Below the pieces are notes generated by a model. The model had not been told where the DNA came from, made no database searches, and saw only the letters and a list, made by a program, of their open reading frames with translations. The translations under genes and the position numbers were made by a program. Shown here piece by piece: positions 16,411-32,397 of a stretch of 64,000 nt of DNA (the first letter of the stretch is position 1; the number at the start of each line of letters is the position of its first letter). The stretch comes from the human T2T-CHM13v2.0 reference genome, Homo sapiens. The DNA lies in the NCBI RefSeq assembly GCF_009914755.1, contig NC_060944.1, one strand, 5' to 3'.

Positions 16411-17726
16411 ATGTGGTATGAATCCTGTAACTGTAAGTTAATAAATAATTTATGTCAATTATCTTTTACGTGTTTGGCACATAGTGGACCCTTAGTGAAT
16501 GCTATTTTACTGTCTTCTTTTATTGGACATTTTTGCTGTGACTGTGAAATAATTACTCCCAACTCCTTTAAGTTCTCTAAGTCAACAATTATTAAATGAT
16601 TCTCATTGTGATCTACCCACCTGAGTGCTTTTGCCGAGAATCATTACAGAAACAATATTCTCTGCTCTTAAGAACCTTATGGCCTATAAGAGATGGAGAT
16701 AAAAATATATTTTTTAAGTAAACATTTTCTTTCTTATGTTGTATTTCCAGTTCATATCAAATAAAGCAAGACATGCTTGACGGTAGAATTTGCTTTCTGT
16801 GACTCCTTCTAAATATACATGATTATTCACTCCATGCTAAAAACACAAAGACATCAGGACACAAAGAGAGTGACCTGTGAATGCTGTAGGAGACAGCAGG
16901 ATTCTTTGAAGAACAGCCTAGTTGGATGTGCTGAGTAGATTTACTCAAGCTTGGTAACTGTTGGAACACATTTATACACAATTATATATAAATTGTTTAG
17001 AATACAAAACTTTCTTCTTAGTACTGTACGGATATGAAGAAGGGATGGATGTGAGTCCTGTTGATCAAAGACCTAAGGGTCTAAAAGGAAGAAGCATGCC
17101 TGGGTGTATTTCAGACACTGGGGAAAGTGATGTGTGGTGTAGGAGAGGAGGCGATATGCTGCAGTGAGGTTCTAGGAGAGGAATGGGTCAATCTACTCAG
17201 CACTACTAATATTATTGTTACTATTTTTTAACATAGGTAGCTACCTGTGTTTGCCCCAGTGAGAGCATTACCAAGCTTAGTAATGCTGTCATTGGGGCCA
17301 TCTGAGAACTATAATTTGGGTAGACTCTGGCCTGGAGGATAGCAACTCCCACTGACACCAGGAATCGGGCACTCCTCTATCCTTGGCTCTGCTTTCTTAA
17401 GTGCTACCTCCATTCTCCAGCTTTGGTAGGAAAGGTAGCCCCAGCGGTTACAGGTAAAGTGGCCTGTGATCTCAGAGAGCAAGGCTTCTGATGGGTGATG
17501 AACGCCCATCCCTGGAGTAATCACTGTGATCTGGGAGATGCGTTTGGACTGGACCGGCCAGTGAGGGGCCTACCTACCTGCCTAGATGAAAACTATCACT
17601 TGCACAGAAATACATGGAAAGATGAAGAGGCATAAAGTTAATGGAGATTAATTGTACCAGCTTTGTAGGAGCACAGGAATAATAACCATTTATGGAACAA
17701 ATATTTCTATGTATTTTTTTTCAAAC

Positions 17727-18149
17727 TGTAATTAAGGGTACCATTGTCCCCAATTCTTTACCCCTCCCTTTATCTCTATCCTTTGCCAAGTGACTTGCAG
17801 TCCCCCACCTCTATGGGAGGAGTATATGTCCTTTATCCTTGACTCTGGGCGTGACCTTGTGATTTGCTTTGGCCAATGACACCAAGGGGACAGTGACAGT
17901 GTTCCAGTTCTGATCCTAGGCCTTAAGAAACGTCACGTGTTTCTGTTGTTCTTGAACTTCTGCTGTCTTATGAAAAGAGCATGCCCTAGCTGGGTGGCTG
18001 TTCCTGGCATGGGCTGAGGGAATGGAGGGTGACCAGTGGAACGGGGCTGCCCCACACAACCCACAAACTCATGAGCAAAATACATTCTTCTGGTTTATGC
18101 TACTGAGATTTTGAGGTTGTTTATTATGCAACAGAAGCTAACTGATTCA
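17727..18149 (+). mobile_element. MaLR solo LTR, MLT1H/I-like
   Basis: GTGATTTGCTTTGGCCAATG..TTCCAGTTCTGATCCTAGGCCTTAAGA..; end GCAACAGAAGCTAACTGATTCA. Confidence 0.75.
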
Positions 18150-18494
18150 AGGGCCAGCAGGGCTGAATATAGTATCTCAGCATCTGTGAATGCAATGCCA
18201 CCTATATAAAGGCAGAGGTTATAATGTACACCACTTTATTCCCAATGCCTAGAAGATTGCCTGACACATGGTAGATCCCCAGTAAACATACTCCAAAAGT
18301 ACTGCTTCACTACAAAGTGCTGGCCACTGTGACAGGAACAGAGGTAGAAATAGACATATGATGGGGTATACTTTAAAGGAGTTTGGCTTGTGTTTGGAGA
18401 GACCAAATGGATATGTTAAGTTTGCAGGGCAGGGTGAAAAAAGTACCATATTGGAAATAGGTTATGTAAGTAGAAGTGATATGTGTGTCATCAC

Positions 18495-18941
18495 AGTTGT
18501 ATCAGAGGGGTGGTCTAGCCCCACTCATATCCTCTGTCCTGCACCCATCAAGGCACACTGGCCTGACTCCTGGCTCCCACCAGTCATCACCTACATTTCT
18601 TTACCCGATAATCTCTCTGGCCATCAGAGCCTACTTTTCTTTCTTGCACAGGCCAGAAGTACCAGAATATGAATCCCCCCGCTACTCCCTCCAGGAGCAG
18701 CCCTCAGCCAATGACTAATGGGAGTTGGTGTATAAATAACCCACTGTCTTGGTTCTCATCCCAGATGGATGACACTGAGGTGTGTTCTACTGTGGCTCTC
18801 AGAATTCCCAATGAGATTAAGCTCCTGTTACCCTTAGATAACTTGCTTGAAAATGTATATCCTGTGATCACTCCAAAATAAATGACTGGTTGGTGAATTT
18901 TTGTCTTAGCATCTGCTTCCGGCAGAATCCAAACAAAGACA
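18495..18941 (+). mobile_element. ERVL solo LTR, LTR16A-like
   Basis: CAGCCCTCAGCCAATGACTAATGGGAGTTGGTGTATAAATA; end TGTCTTAGCATCTGCTTCCGGCAGAATCCAAACAAAGACA. Confidence 0.75.
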
Positions 18942-20104
18942 TGAGAATTAAATTTTTGGTTTCATTCTTGTTTTATTTTCTTAACATACATGCTTATATG
19001 TAAACCAATTTTGAATTTTATGTATCAACAATTTAAGTTCTACTGCTTTAAGATTATATGGACATTAAATGTACAGAAAAATAGAAACCAACAAAAGATA
19101 AATAAATTAAATACATTTTTAAAAAAGTCTCGCGAGTTGTGGTGGCTTAATATTGCCGTGAGCTAATGCCTTGAGGGCTACTCTCTCTGGAGTGGGAATG
19201 GAGCTCTCAGTAATTCGACAGTTTTGGCCAGTGGCTTGTCACACGGGTTGTGCATTCACCTGGCTTTAGGAGGAAGAGGAGGCATGGCAGCCCTGCCTTC
19301 ATCTTCCTCTTTACTTTGCCCTCACTATCACTGTTAACTTCGATTCATGGATGCTTTTCAGGGATTTTTTTTTCTAAGCCACCTAGCCAATTCGAGGGGT
19401 TTAGTGTACTTAAAACCAGATAGTATAATCCATAAACCCACTAAATTGGGCACATGTGAGCTGCAATATGTCACAAGATGCAGAAAACCAGCCCTGAGTG
19501 AGGGCACTGCCTTCCGCAGCTGTCCTCTGGATCTTTCCTGTAATGTCAGTGACACATGACCGCTGGCATGCAGCCTGCTAAGGGACGGTGTCCATCTGCA
19601 TATCAACCAAGACAAAAGCCTGGCTCATCATTTATTTAGAGAAAGCAAACATAAATGGAAGAAATTATATTTTCCTCCTATTCCATAGTTTATCATGTCT
19701 TGCCCCACCTGGGTAGTGTCACTTGTCCTGAAGATGGTAGGAGTGAGGGAAAAGAGGTGAGCCCTTTGAAGTATAGATGAGTTGAGAGCCAAATATGGAG
19801 ACAGAGCGTGAAGACTCCTTGTGGGAAGCATGAGTGGACAAGGCCAGCGTCCCTAGGGAGAAAGGGGAAGCTTTTTTTTTTTTTTCTAGATTTTTTTTTA
19901 TTATACTTTAAGTTTTAGGGTACATGTGCACATTGTGCAGGTTAGTTACATATGTATACATGTGCCATGCTGGTGCGCTGCACCCACTAATTCGTCATAT
20001 AGCATTAGGTATATCTCCCGATGCTATCCCTCCCCCCTCCCCCCACCCCACAACAGTCCCCAGAGTGTGATATTCCCCTTCCTGTGTCCATGTGATCTCA
20101 TTGT

Positions 20105-23932
<3,828 letters not shown>

Positions 23933-23995
23933 TATGATGTTAGCTGGTTATTTTGCTTGTTAGTTGATGCAGTTTCTTCCTAGTCTCGATGGTCT

Positions 23996-25012
23996 TTACA
24001 TTTTGGCATGATTTTGCAGTGGCTGGTACCGGTTGTTCCTTTCCATGTTTAGTGCTTCCTTCAGGAGCTCTTGTAAGGCAGGCCTGGTGGTGACAAAATC
24101 TCTCAGCATTTGCTTGTCTGTAAAGTATTTTATTTCTCCTTCACTTATGAAGCTTAGTTTGGCTGGATATGAAATTCTGGGTTGAAAATTCTTTTCTTTA
24201 AGAATGTTGAATATTGGCCCCCACTCTCTTCTGGCTTGTAGGGTTTCTGCCGAGAGATCCGCTGCTAGTCTGATGGGCTTCCCTTTGAGGGTAACCCGAC
24301 CTTTCTCTCTGGCTGCCCTTAACATTTTTTCCTTCATTTCAACTTTGGTGAATCTGACAATTATGTGTCTTGGAGTTGCTCTTCTCGAGGAGTATCTTTG
24401 TGGCGTTCTCTGTATTTCCTGAATCTGAACATTGGCCTGCCTTGCTAGATTGGGGAAGTTCTCCTGGATAATATCCTGCAGAGTGTTTTCCAACTTGGTT
24501 CCATTCTCCCCATCACTTTCTGGTACACCAATCAGATGTAGATTTGGTCTTTTCACATAGTCCAATATTTCTTGGAGGCTTTGCTCATTTCTTTTTATTC
24601 TTTTTTCTCTAGACTTCCCTTCTCGCTTCATTTCTTTCATTTCATCTTCCATTGCTGATACCCTTTCTTCCAGTTGATTGCATCGGCTCCTGAGGCTTCT
24701 GCATTCTTCACGTAGTTCTCGAGCCTTGGCTTTCAGCTCCATCCACTCCTTTAAGCACTTCTCTGTATTGGTTATTCTAGTTATACATTCTTCTAAATTT
24801 TTTTCAAAGTTTTCAGCTTCTTTGCCTTTGGTTTGAATGTCCTCCCGTAGCTCAGAGTAATTTGATCGTCTGAAGCCTTCTTCTCTCAGCTCGTCAAAGT
24901 CATTCTCCATCCAGCTTTGTTCCGTTGCTGGTGAGGAACTGCGTTCCTTTGGAGGAGGAGGGGCGCTCTGCTTTTTAGAGTTTCCAGTTTTTCTGTTCTG
25001 TTTTTTCCCCAT
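23996..25012 (-). CDS. LINE-1 ORF1p (coiled coil-RRM-CTD), full 338-aa open frame
   Basis: MGKKQNRKTGNSK..REKG..ARREWG..YPAKLSF..NHAKM; same length as canonical human ORF1p. Confidence 0.93.
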   Translation of the reverse strand: MGKKQNRKTGNSKKQSAPPPPKERSSSPATEQSWMENDFDELREEGFRRSNYSELREDIQTKGKEAENFEKNLEECITRITNTEKCLKEWMELKAKARELREECRSLRSRCNQLEERVSAMEDEMKEMKREGKSREKRIKRNEQSLQEILDYVKRPNLHLIGVPESDGENGTKLENTLQDIIQENFPNLARQANVQIQEIQRTPQRYSSRRATPRHIIVRFTKVEMKEKMLRAAREKGRVTLKGKPIRLAADLSAETLQARREWGPIFNILKEKNFQPRISYPAKLSFISEGEIKYFTDKQMLRDFVTTRPALQELLKEALNMERNNRYQPLQNHAKM

Positions 25013-25918
25013 CTTTGTGGTTTTATCTACTTTTGGTCTTTGATGATGGTGATGTACAGATGGGTTTTTGGTGTGGATGTCCTTTCTGTTTGTTAGTTTT
25101 CCTTCTAACAGAGAGGACCCTCAGCTGCAGGTCTGTTGGAGTACTCTGCCGTGTGAGGTGTCAGTGTGCCCCTGCTGGGGGGTGCCTCCCAGTTAGGCTG
25201 CTCGGGGGTCAGGGGTCAGGGACCCACTTGAGGAGGCAGTCTGCCAGTTCTCAGATCTCCAGCTGCGTGCTGGGAGAACCACTGCTCTCTTCGAAGCTGT
25301 CAGACAGGGACATTTAATTCTGAAGAGGTTACTGCTGCCTTTTTGTTTGTCTGTGCCCTGCCCCCAGAGGTGGAGCCTACAGAGGCAGGCAGGTCTCCTT
25401 GAGCTGTGGTGGGCTCCACCCAGTTTGAGCTTCCTGGCTGCTTTGTTTACCTAAGCAAGCCTGGGCAATGGCGGGCACCCCTCTCCCAGCCTCGCTGCCG
25501 CCTTGCAGTTTGATCTCAGACTGCTGTGCTAGCAATCAGCGAGACTCCGTGGGCGTAGCACCCTCCGAGCCAGGTGCGGGATATAATCTCGTGGTGCACT
25601 GTTTTTTAAACCCGTTGGAAAAGCGCAGTATTCGGGTGGGAGTGACCCGATTTCCCAGGTGCCGTCCGTCACCCCTTTCTTTGCCTCAGAAAGGGAACTC
25701 CCTGACCCCTTGCGCTTCCCAAGTGAGGCAATGCCTCGCCCTGCTTCGGCTGCCGCACGGTGCACGCACCCACTGACCTGCGCCCACTGTCTGGCACTCC
25801 TTAGTGAGATGAACCCGGTACCTCAGATGGAAATGCAGAAATCACCCGTCTTCTGCGTCGCTCACGCTGGGAGCTGTAGACTGGAGCTGTTGCTATTCGG
25901 CCATCTTGGCTCCTCCCC
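25013..25918 (-). promoter_or_regulatory. L1 5'UTR internal sense promoter and antisense promoter
   Basis: Intact YY1 motif CAAGATGGCCG at the 5' end (about 25898-25909); CpG-rich relative to flanks. Confidence 0.85.
25468..25776 (+). CDS. LINE-1 antisense ORF0, C-terminally extended (102 aa)
   Basis: MAGTPLPASLPPCSLISDCCASNQRDSVGV.. matches primate L1 ORF0; strong Kozak GCAATGG; expression not shown. Confidence 0.7.
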   Translation: MAGTPLPASLPPCSLISDCCASNQRDSVGVAPSEPGAGYNLVVHCFLNPLEKRSIRVGVTRFPRCRPSPLSLPQKGNSLTPCASQVRQCLALLRLPHGARTH

Positions 25919-27909
25919 AAGGGGAAGCTTTTTAAGCTTTTTATTCTAAGGACTATTGAGGTCATTTCAGTGATCAAAGTGAGATTTATTGTTCACTAAT
26001 CGGGCTCCTATGTGATCTTATATTGCATATTAGTGCAGATTTTATATAATTTCTATTCACAACAGCTATTGATGAAACAATGTTTCCCACATTTTTGTCC
26101 TTTTAGTGCTAAAAATTAAAACCAAAGTTAGGGGTATAGAATTTAGGATTATAGAACTAGGGATTTGTTGGTCCTTAAATAGCTGGGTGCTGTTTGTTGA
26201 AAGAGTGATTCTACTATGAAATTGCATAGCATGTTGCAAGTTCCATCATAATATAAAGAAAGTTCAGGATGTTTAATATTTTTTATAGCATGATAATCAT
26301 TGGTTTGTAGCCTGAGTGGTGACTTCTTTCAAAATTGAGAAACACGCATTGAGCGTTTACTTAGAAACAGTCACAGAAAAATGGAAACATGATTTTTATT
26401 AAACTTTAGATGAAAAAAATTAAGCCTTTTTTTTTTTAGTCTCAGATCAGTAAAGGTCAAACTCACCATCTGAAGTTAGTTTGTGTGTTTTTTTCTTTCT
26501 TTTTCATTTTTTAAAAAAGAAAAAATGTGTGGGTCATCAGACCCCACTCAATAAAACTTGCTCCATTGATTCTAAAAAATGGCATATTAAGAACCAGGAG
26601 CTATATTATGTTATGCATATCTCTTGGCCTTCTATGGGTTATTTTTGCAAATAAAAGCTCATTGGAGGGACTGGACAATCTTGAGGCAACCCTCAGAAGT
26701 GGTTTGCTTTCCTGGTACACCAATCGTGTTTTATAAAGTTGTCAACCATGAGACCTTATTACAGCAAAGATGAAATGGTGGTTACTACAATCCCTGTAAA
26801 TCATACTTTTCCATGGACATTTCTGCATTCATTAGGGGAGCGAAAGGCAGTGGTTGAAGTGTGCTCATGATTTTTTTTTTATAGGCTTCTTGATGAACTG
26901 AGGATGAAGGGTTAAAACTGCAAGCAAGCCAAGGCCGTTTCTAGGTTTTGAGCCCAGTGATTTCACTATGTGGTCTTAGAAACTCACAGTAAAATCAAAG
27001 AGTTAATATTAATTTATAGGCTCTGCCCTGCTTTCATATGCCAGCCCTAGTTAGCGACCTCAGGAAGTGCAGCAGGGTGAGGCACCATATTTCAAGGTTG
27101 GCCCTGCATTTATGGCCTCATTTACAAGCCGCCTAAAATCAAAACGCAACATTGCATATTCCTTTTGTGCATTATAAAGAGACTCCTTAGCCTCCTAACT
27201 CACCTGGGAGATATTCAGATACACCCCATTCAGAGAGAATGTGGCTTCCATCAGATTAGAGACTCTGAAATCTATGTTTAAAGATGTTAAGTGCCCTCAG
27301 TTCTGGAACCAACTCTTTCTCATAATAAACACTGTGCTAAATGGATGTATGGAGATGTTTCTCTCCAGCAAAGATAAGGAAATGGCTGGAAGACTGCGAA
27401 AGAATAGATGTGCCACTTTGGAAGTTGGCATAAAAATGAATGATATTTTTACTTTTTGGAAAGCCAAGCAGGTCCCAGAGTCGTGGGGCAGTACTTGGCC
27501 TCATCTCTGAGGCCACCCATTCTGCTGCTGGCAGCCACAGTGATGTACCCTTGGCACTATGTCGCTCCCCCTACTTGGCATCCTCAGTTTTTCTAAACTC
27601 ATGGGTGAGAGACGAATGACGTCAGAGGCCCAAACCTTTGGATGCTGATCTAAAAGCATCAACCAAAACCCAACACCCGAGCTTCGTAAGTTCCCATTTG
27701 AAGCAGGAGCAGTTTTTATAGCAACAGACAAAGGATTGCTCTGTCCTTGTTGGAAGTGCTTGAGGACCAAGCACAGAGGTGGGCAAAGATCGTCATCAGG
27801 GCTTCTGCTACCTGTCTTAGCCCCAGCATTCTTCAAAAGAGATCCTCAGGGCAGTGATTCTCTGTGAGGCACCTGCCTTAAGCCCAGATGCTGAAAACAA
27901 GACAGGAAC

Positions 27910-28090
27910 TAACCTCATTCTATGCCCACTTAACCTTTCTAATAGCTTTAGCACTGAATGACTCATATGAACCCATTTTACAGGTGAGAAAATTGAGGCC
28001 TAGAGAAGTTTTGAGGCACATCTGCTTATAGCTAGTGAAAAGTGAATTAAAACTCTGAACTAGTCTCACCTTATAGCCAGAGCTATCCAT
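27910..28090 (-). mobile_element. MIR
   Basis: CCCATTTTACAGGTGAGAAAATTGAGGCCTAGAGAAGTT. Confidence 0.75.
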
Positions 28091-28169
28091 CATGGTAGCA
28101 CGCAGCATCTAGGTGAGTTTGTGCTCTGGAGAGTTCATGTTTTTCACTGCTCACAGCTCCTGTGTTCTA

Positions 28170-28440
28170 GGTGGTACGTAATGGTGAACAGACTGGGCCC
28201 GAGATTAAGATTACATGATTGGAAGTGCAAGTTCATCACTTTTGGAGCACCTTGGGCAAATCACTTGTCCTTCATAGTCATTTGTTTCTGCATAAGTAAA
28301 ATTGGGATAATAATAATAGTGGATAATAGTGCTGGCTCATAGAGTTATTGGGAGTTAATTACATGAGTTAAATCATGTAAAGTGTTGAGGGCAGTGCCTA
28401 GGCACGTAGTAAGAAATGTGAGTGATTACTGTTTTTATAA
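28170..28440 (+). mobile_element. MIR
   Basis: ACCTTGGGCAAATCACTT..GTAAAATTGGGATAATAATA..AGTGCCTAGGCACGTAGTAAG. Confidence 0.75.
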
Positions 28441-29879
28441 CCTTATTGTTAATGCTAATTTGCTCCAGATGGCATGGTATACAGTGGTAACAGCTGATGA
28501 CTTCTCTCCATTTGAATAAACTGTGCTAACTTAATACAGTGGCTCTCTGGAGCACTACAGGTCTAGCCAACCCTGCAGCACATTTAAGGTCTCAGTTTAC
28601 ATCACTTCCTCCAGTATCTCATTGGCCAAACCAAGTCATGTGGCCAATCTCATCATCCATGGAAGGGGGATCATATTTGTGCCATTAAGTTTCATGATAG
28701 AGAGAAAGAGGGATTGAAAACCATAACTGCACCCACCAAAAAAGCTATTGTCTTCTTTAAGCCTCACAACAGCATCCTGAGAAAGGTGATATTGGAAAGA
28801 CATTATCTTACCCAGTTAAGGATAATTATCCCTGTAGAAAACATGAGGCTCAGGGAAATTCTGTGGTTGCCAATAAGGTTGGCATTGGGGCCAGCCCTTG
28901 AATTCAAGTTTTTCCCACTTTACCCAGATGTTATGGTGAGTTACATGTTATGGGGCAACAGTAGGTAAAGCTTTTGCATCTCCATAACACAACAATTGTG
29001 ACTCACATTTACTACCCTGACCTATACTAGCACATGAGTTATCTCATTTACTCCCCTTGCAGACGCATACAGTTGGCCTTTTTGTTACTTACAGGCTTAT
29101 TTTACAGGTGTGGAACTGAGGCCTCCTGCTCTCAGGCAGCCATAAACTTGCATGAAAGCCATGCCCCACTGTGTTTCTTTTCTTTTTCTAGTAATAGGAT
29201 GAGGAAAACATGTTTTCCCTCCATTTCCTTCACATGAGGATTTCCTTGAGTTTAAAATCCTGTGTTGATAGAGATGGTTTATTTAGAAGAGCGTTGGCCT
29301 CCTTCGAAGAAAGGTCCTGCATAAATTTGAAGTGTTATGGTGAGATGGTATCCTGGAGACGTATGTGTGAATAATAAAAATGTCAGCACCTGCTGCAAAG
29401 AACCACTGAATGAAAGGAAAGGAAAATACCATACATCAAAGAAAGAGGTTTATTTAGATTCAAAGTCCCCTGGGTTAGGACCACACCTAGTACACTGTCA
29501 CATCCAATAAATGTTGAGAAGTGACTGTCTAGCACATGAGACACAGTTGTGGAGATGTCCTAGGCAGGCTCCACCACAGAAGCAAAACATGATCCAGTTG
29601 CAATGGAAATCCACTCTTTGCTCATGTGCTTTTTCCCAAGTACTTGCTTATTAACATATAACTCTGCTAATGAACCAAACACAGGGAGTTGCTTTCTAGA
29701 GCCGAAAAAAAGGGACTGTGAGAAAAAGCTAGGGTGGTCTAAGGAGTGAATTAGTGACAATGTCAGTGGATCAACTCCCAACACATAGGTTTTCAGACAG
29801 GGAATTAGTCTAGGCAGAAGTTCATCAGACCCAGTTCTTAGATGTCTTTGGTCTTTGTGGAAGATGCTGTTGGTGCCCT

Positions 29880-30306
29880 GTTCGTGTACTCCATGGGCTC
29901 TTACTGGAAGCACCATGGCTCATTCATTATCAGGGGGCTTTCTTGAGCACACTTTCTTGCACAAGGTGGGGCACAGGCTGGCATTTGTAGGGGAGGTGAA
30001 AGCCCCCAGGAGTGACCCTCAATCAATCTCAGTTGGGAATTGGTGGATAAGAGCTCCTGCTTCCTGGCCTCCCATTGGGACAACTCAGAGGCATATTCTG
30101 CACCCTCTCCCAGAGGCCTCTAATGGGACTGAGACCCAGTTACTTACAGAGGAAACCTGCTTGTTTGCCATCCCTGTCTATTGGCTCCTATCCCTTCCTT
30201 GTCTCACTCCCCTAATCCTCTCTTCCATCCAGTACTGCATGGGATCATCTCCCCAGGAAAGTCTCTTGTTTCAGAATTTGCTTCTGGGGGGATGTAAACT
30301 AAGACA
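29880..30306 (+). mobile_element. ERVL solo LTR, LTR16-like
   Basis: GACAACTCAGAGGCATATTCTGCACCCTCTCCCAGAGG; end TTGCTTCTGGGGGGATGTAAACTAAGACA. Confidence 0.7.
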
Positions 30307-31480
30307 GTCTTTTACAATCTAGCAAAAACCTTTCTGCTGTGGAAGTTCTGTGGAAAGGGTCACAGATCATGTGCAGTCACACAACACTCTTTGGATTATC
30401 ACTGTCATGAAGGAGCAATGGGGGAGACCAACTCCTCCACGCAGGGCTCAGGATGTGTGCATGGTAGGCCAAGAGGGCAAGTGGGTGGGGAGGTGGAAGG
30501 GGTCAGGAAGGAGGCACAGACACCGTCAAAGCTTAAGGAGAACGGACCGTTGACACATGGAAATGGATACTGTGACACTTAGATTTATCGTCAGGCAAAC
30601 TGTTCACCACAAACCCAAAGTTCCTCTAAACAATGCCTAGGAAAATCTTCCAGAAGTTTTGAGGATCTGGTGACCATATTTTCAGAATCAAAAGTTGGGA
30701 ACCGGTCTGCCAAAAAATGTTTCCTTTATGATATGTGAATGTATCAGCACAGAAAAAGACATTAGAGAGAATATTGGGAATTGATCTTGCTCCAAAAATA
30801 CTGAGATCTGTGGTCACCAGACTCAGGGGTCATGTCATCTGATTTAGTGTTTCTCAGCAGACTGTATATGTTACCATGGGTCGGGGAGTGGTAAGAGCAA
30901 AAGCTGAAATCAGAATATTTAAAATCATTGAGATTTTACAACAAAGCTTACTTGAAAAATGATAATACTATAATTTCATTTTCTTAACTTTTACCATAAA
31001 ATAATTAAGTGCATATAAATATATATGTTTATAATGTAAAAAACTAGATATTTTATTTCTTTGGTGGTGAAAATCAAAGTCTCTGAGTAACTGAAAGGGT
31101 GTAGGCTATGAAAGGTTTATTCACTGATTTAATTCACATTTATTTTAAATCTATGGATAGGCACTATGCAAGCCCTTGCAATATAATGATAAATAAAACA
31201 GACAAAAATTTTCACCATCATTAAGTTTATCATGAGGGAGACAGGCATCATAAACAAATAAGATGTAATTACAAATTGAAAGGAACTGAAGAAGGTACCA
31301 AGAGAATCTGTGAGATTTTTTCTTTGTTAGACAGAAATCTAGTGACATGTCCAGGACGAAACAGTAAATTAATGGCAAAGCTAATGCTTCAACCAGTGGT
31401 TCCTGGCCCCCACAACAAGAGGGCAGAGACGAAGTACCTAGCACAGTGTCTGGCACATAGTAAGCCATCAAATTTTTTAA

Positions 31481-32263
31481 ATTAATTGATTATTTTTTAT
31501 TTAACTTTTATTTTAAGTTTGGGGGTACATGTGCAGGTTTGTTACATAGGTAAACTTGTGTCACAGGAGTTTGTTGTACAGATTATTTCATCACCCAGGT
31601 ATTAAATCTAGTACCCATTAATTATTATTCCTGATCCACTTCATCCTCCCAACCCCACCCTCTGATAGGCCCAGTTCCCCTCGATGTGTCCATGTGTTCT
31701 AATCATTTAGCTCCCACTTATAAGTGAGAACATGCGGTATTTGGTTGTCTGTTCCTGTGTTAGTTTGCTAAGGATAATGGCCTCCAGCTCCATCATGTTC
31801 CTACAAAGGACACAATCTTGCTCTTTTTTATGGCTGCATAGTATTCCATGGTGTATATGTACCACAGTTTCTTTAATTAATCTTTCATTGATGGGCATTT
31901 GGGTTGATTCCATGTCTTTGGTATTGTGAATCATGCTGCATGAACATACGCATGCATATATCTTGAGAGTAGAATGATATATATTCCTTTGTGGATATAC
32001 CCAGTAATGGAATTGCTGGGTCCAATGGTATTTCTGTTTTTGGGTCTTTGAGGAATTGCCACACTGTCTCCCACAATGGTTGAACTATTTACACTCCCAC
32101 TAACAGTGTATAAGTGTTCCCTTTTCTCCACAACCTCACCAGCATTTGTTATTTTTTGACTTTTTAATAGGCATTCTGACTGGTGTAAGATAGTATCTCA
32201 TTATGGTTTTGATTTGCATTTCTGTAATGATCAGTGGTGTTGAACTTTTCTTCATATGATGTT
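31481..32263 (-). mobile_element. L1PA10-13-like 5'-truncated LINE-1 inserted in an L2 tail
   Basis: GTTACATAGGTAAACTTGTGTCAC..GATTATTTCATCACCCAGGTA 3'UTR; ORF2 C-terminal remnants; degenerate TSD AGCCATCAAATTTTTTAA (31463-31480) / AGCCATCAAAATTGTTAA (32264-32281). Confidence 0.88.
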
Positions 32264-32397
32264 AGCCATCAAAATTGTTAACTCCTTCCCTTCCATTCCC
32301 ATTTTGTGAGTCTTCAGTATGCAGAATACTGAGAAGAGCCCCTGGCATATGATAAGTGCTCAAAATACTAGTTACTATTATTGTTAATAGTATAACC

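Noticed and set aside
29855-30322. 155-aa ORF
   Set aside because: Lies within an LTR16-like element, has a non-ATG start, and has no recognisable domain.
30845-31093. Possible hAT-Charlie MITE (TAGTGTTTCTCAG..CTGAGTAACTG ends)
   Set aside because: Terminal repeats too degenerate and family not recognised with confidence.
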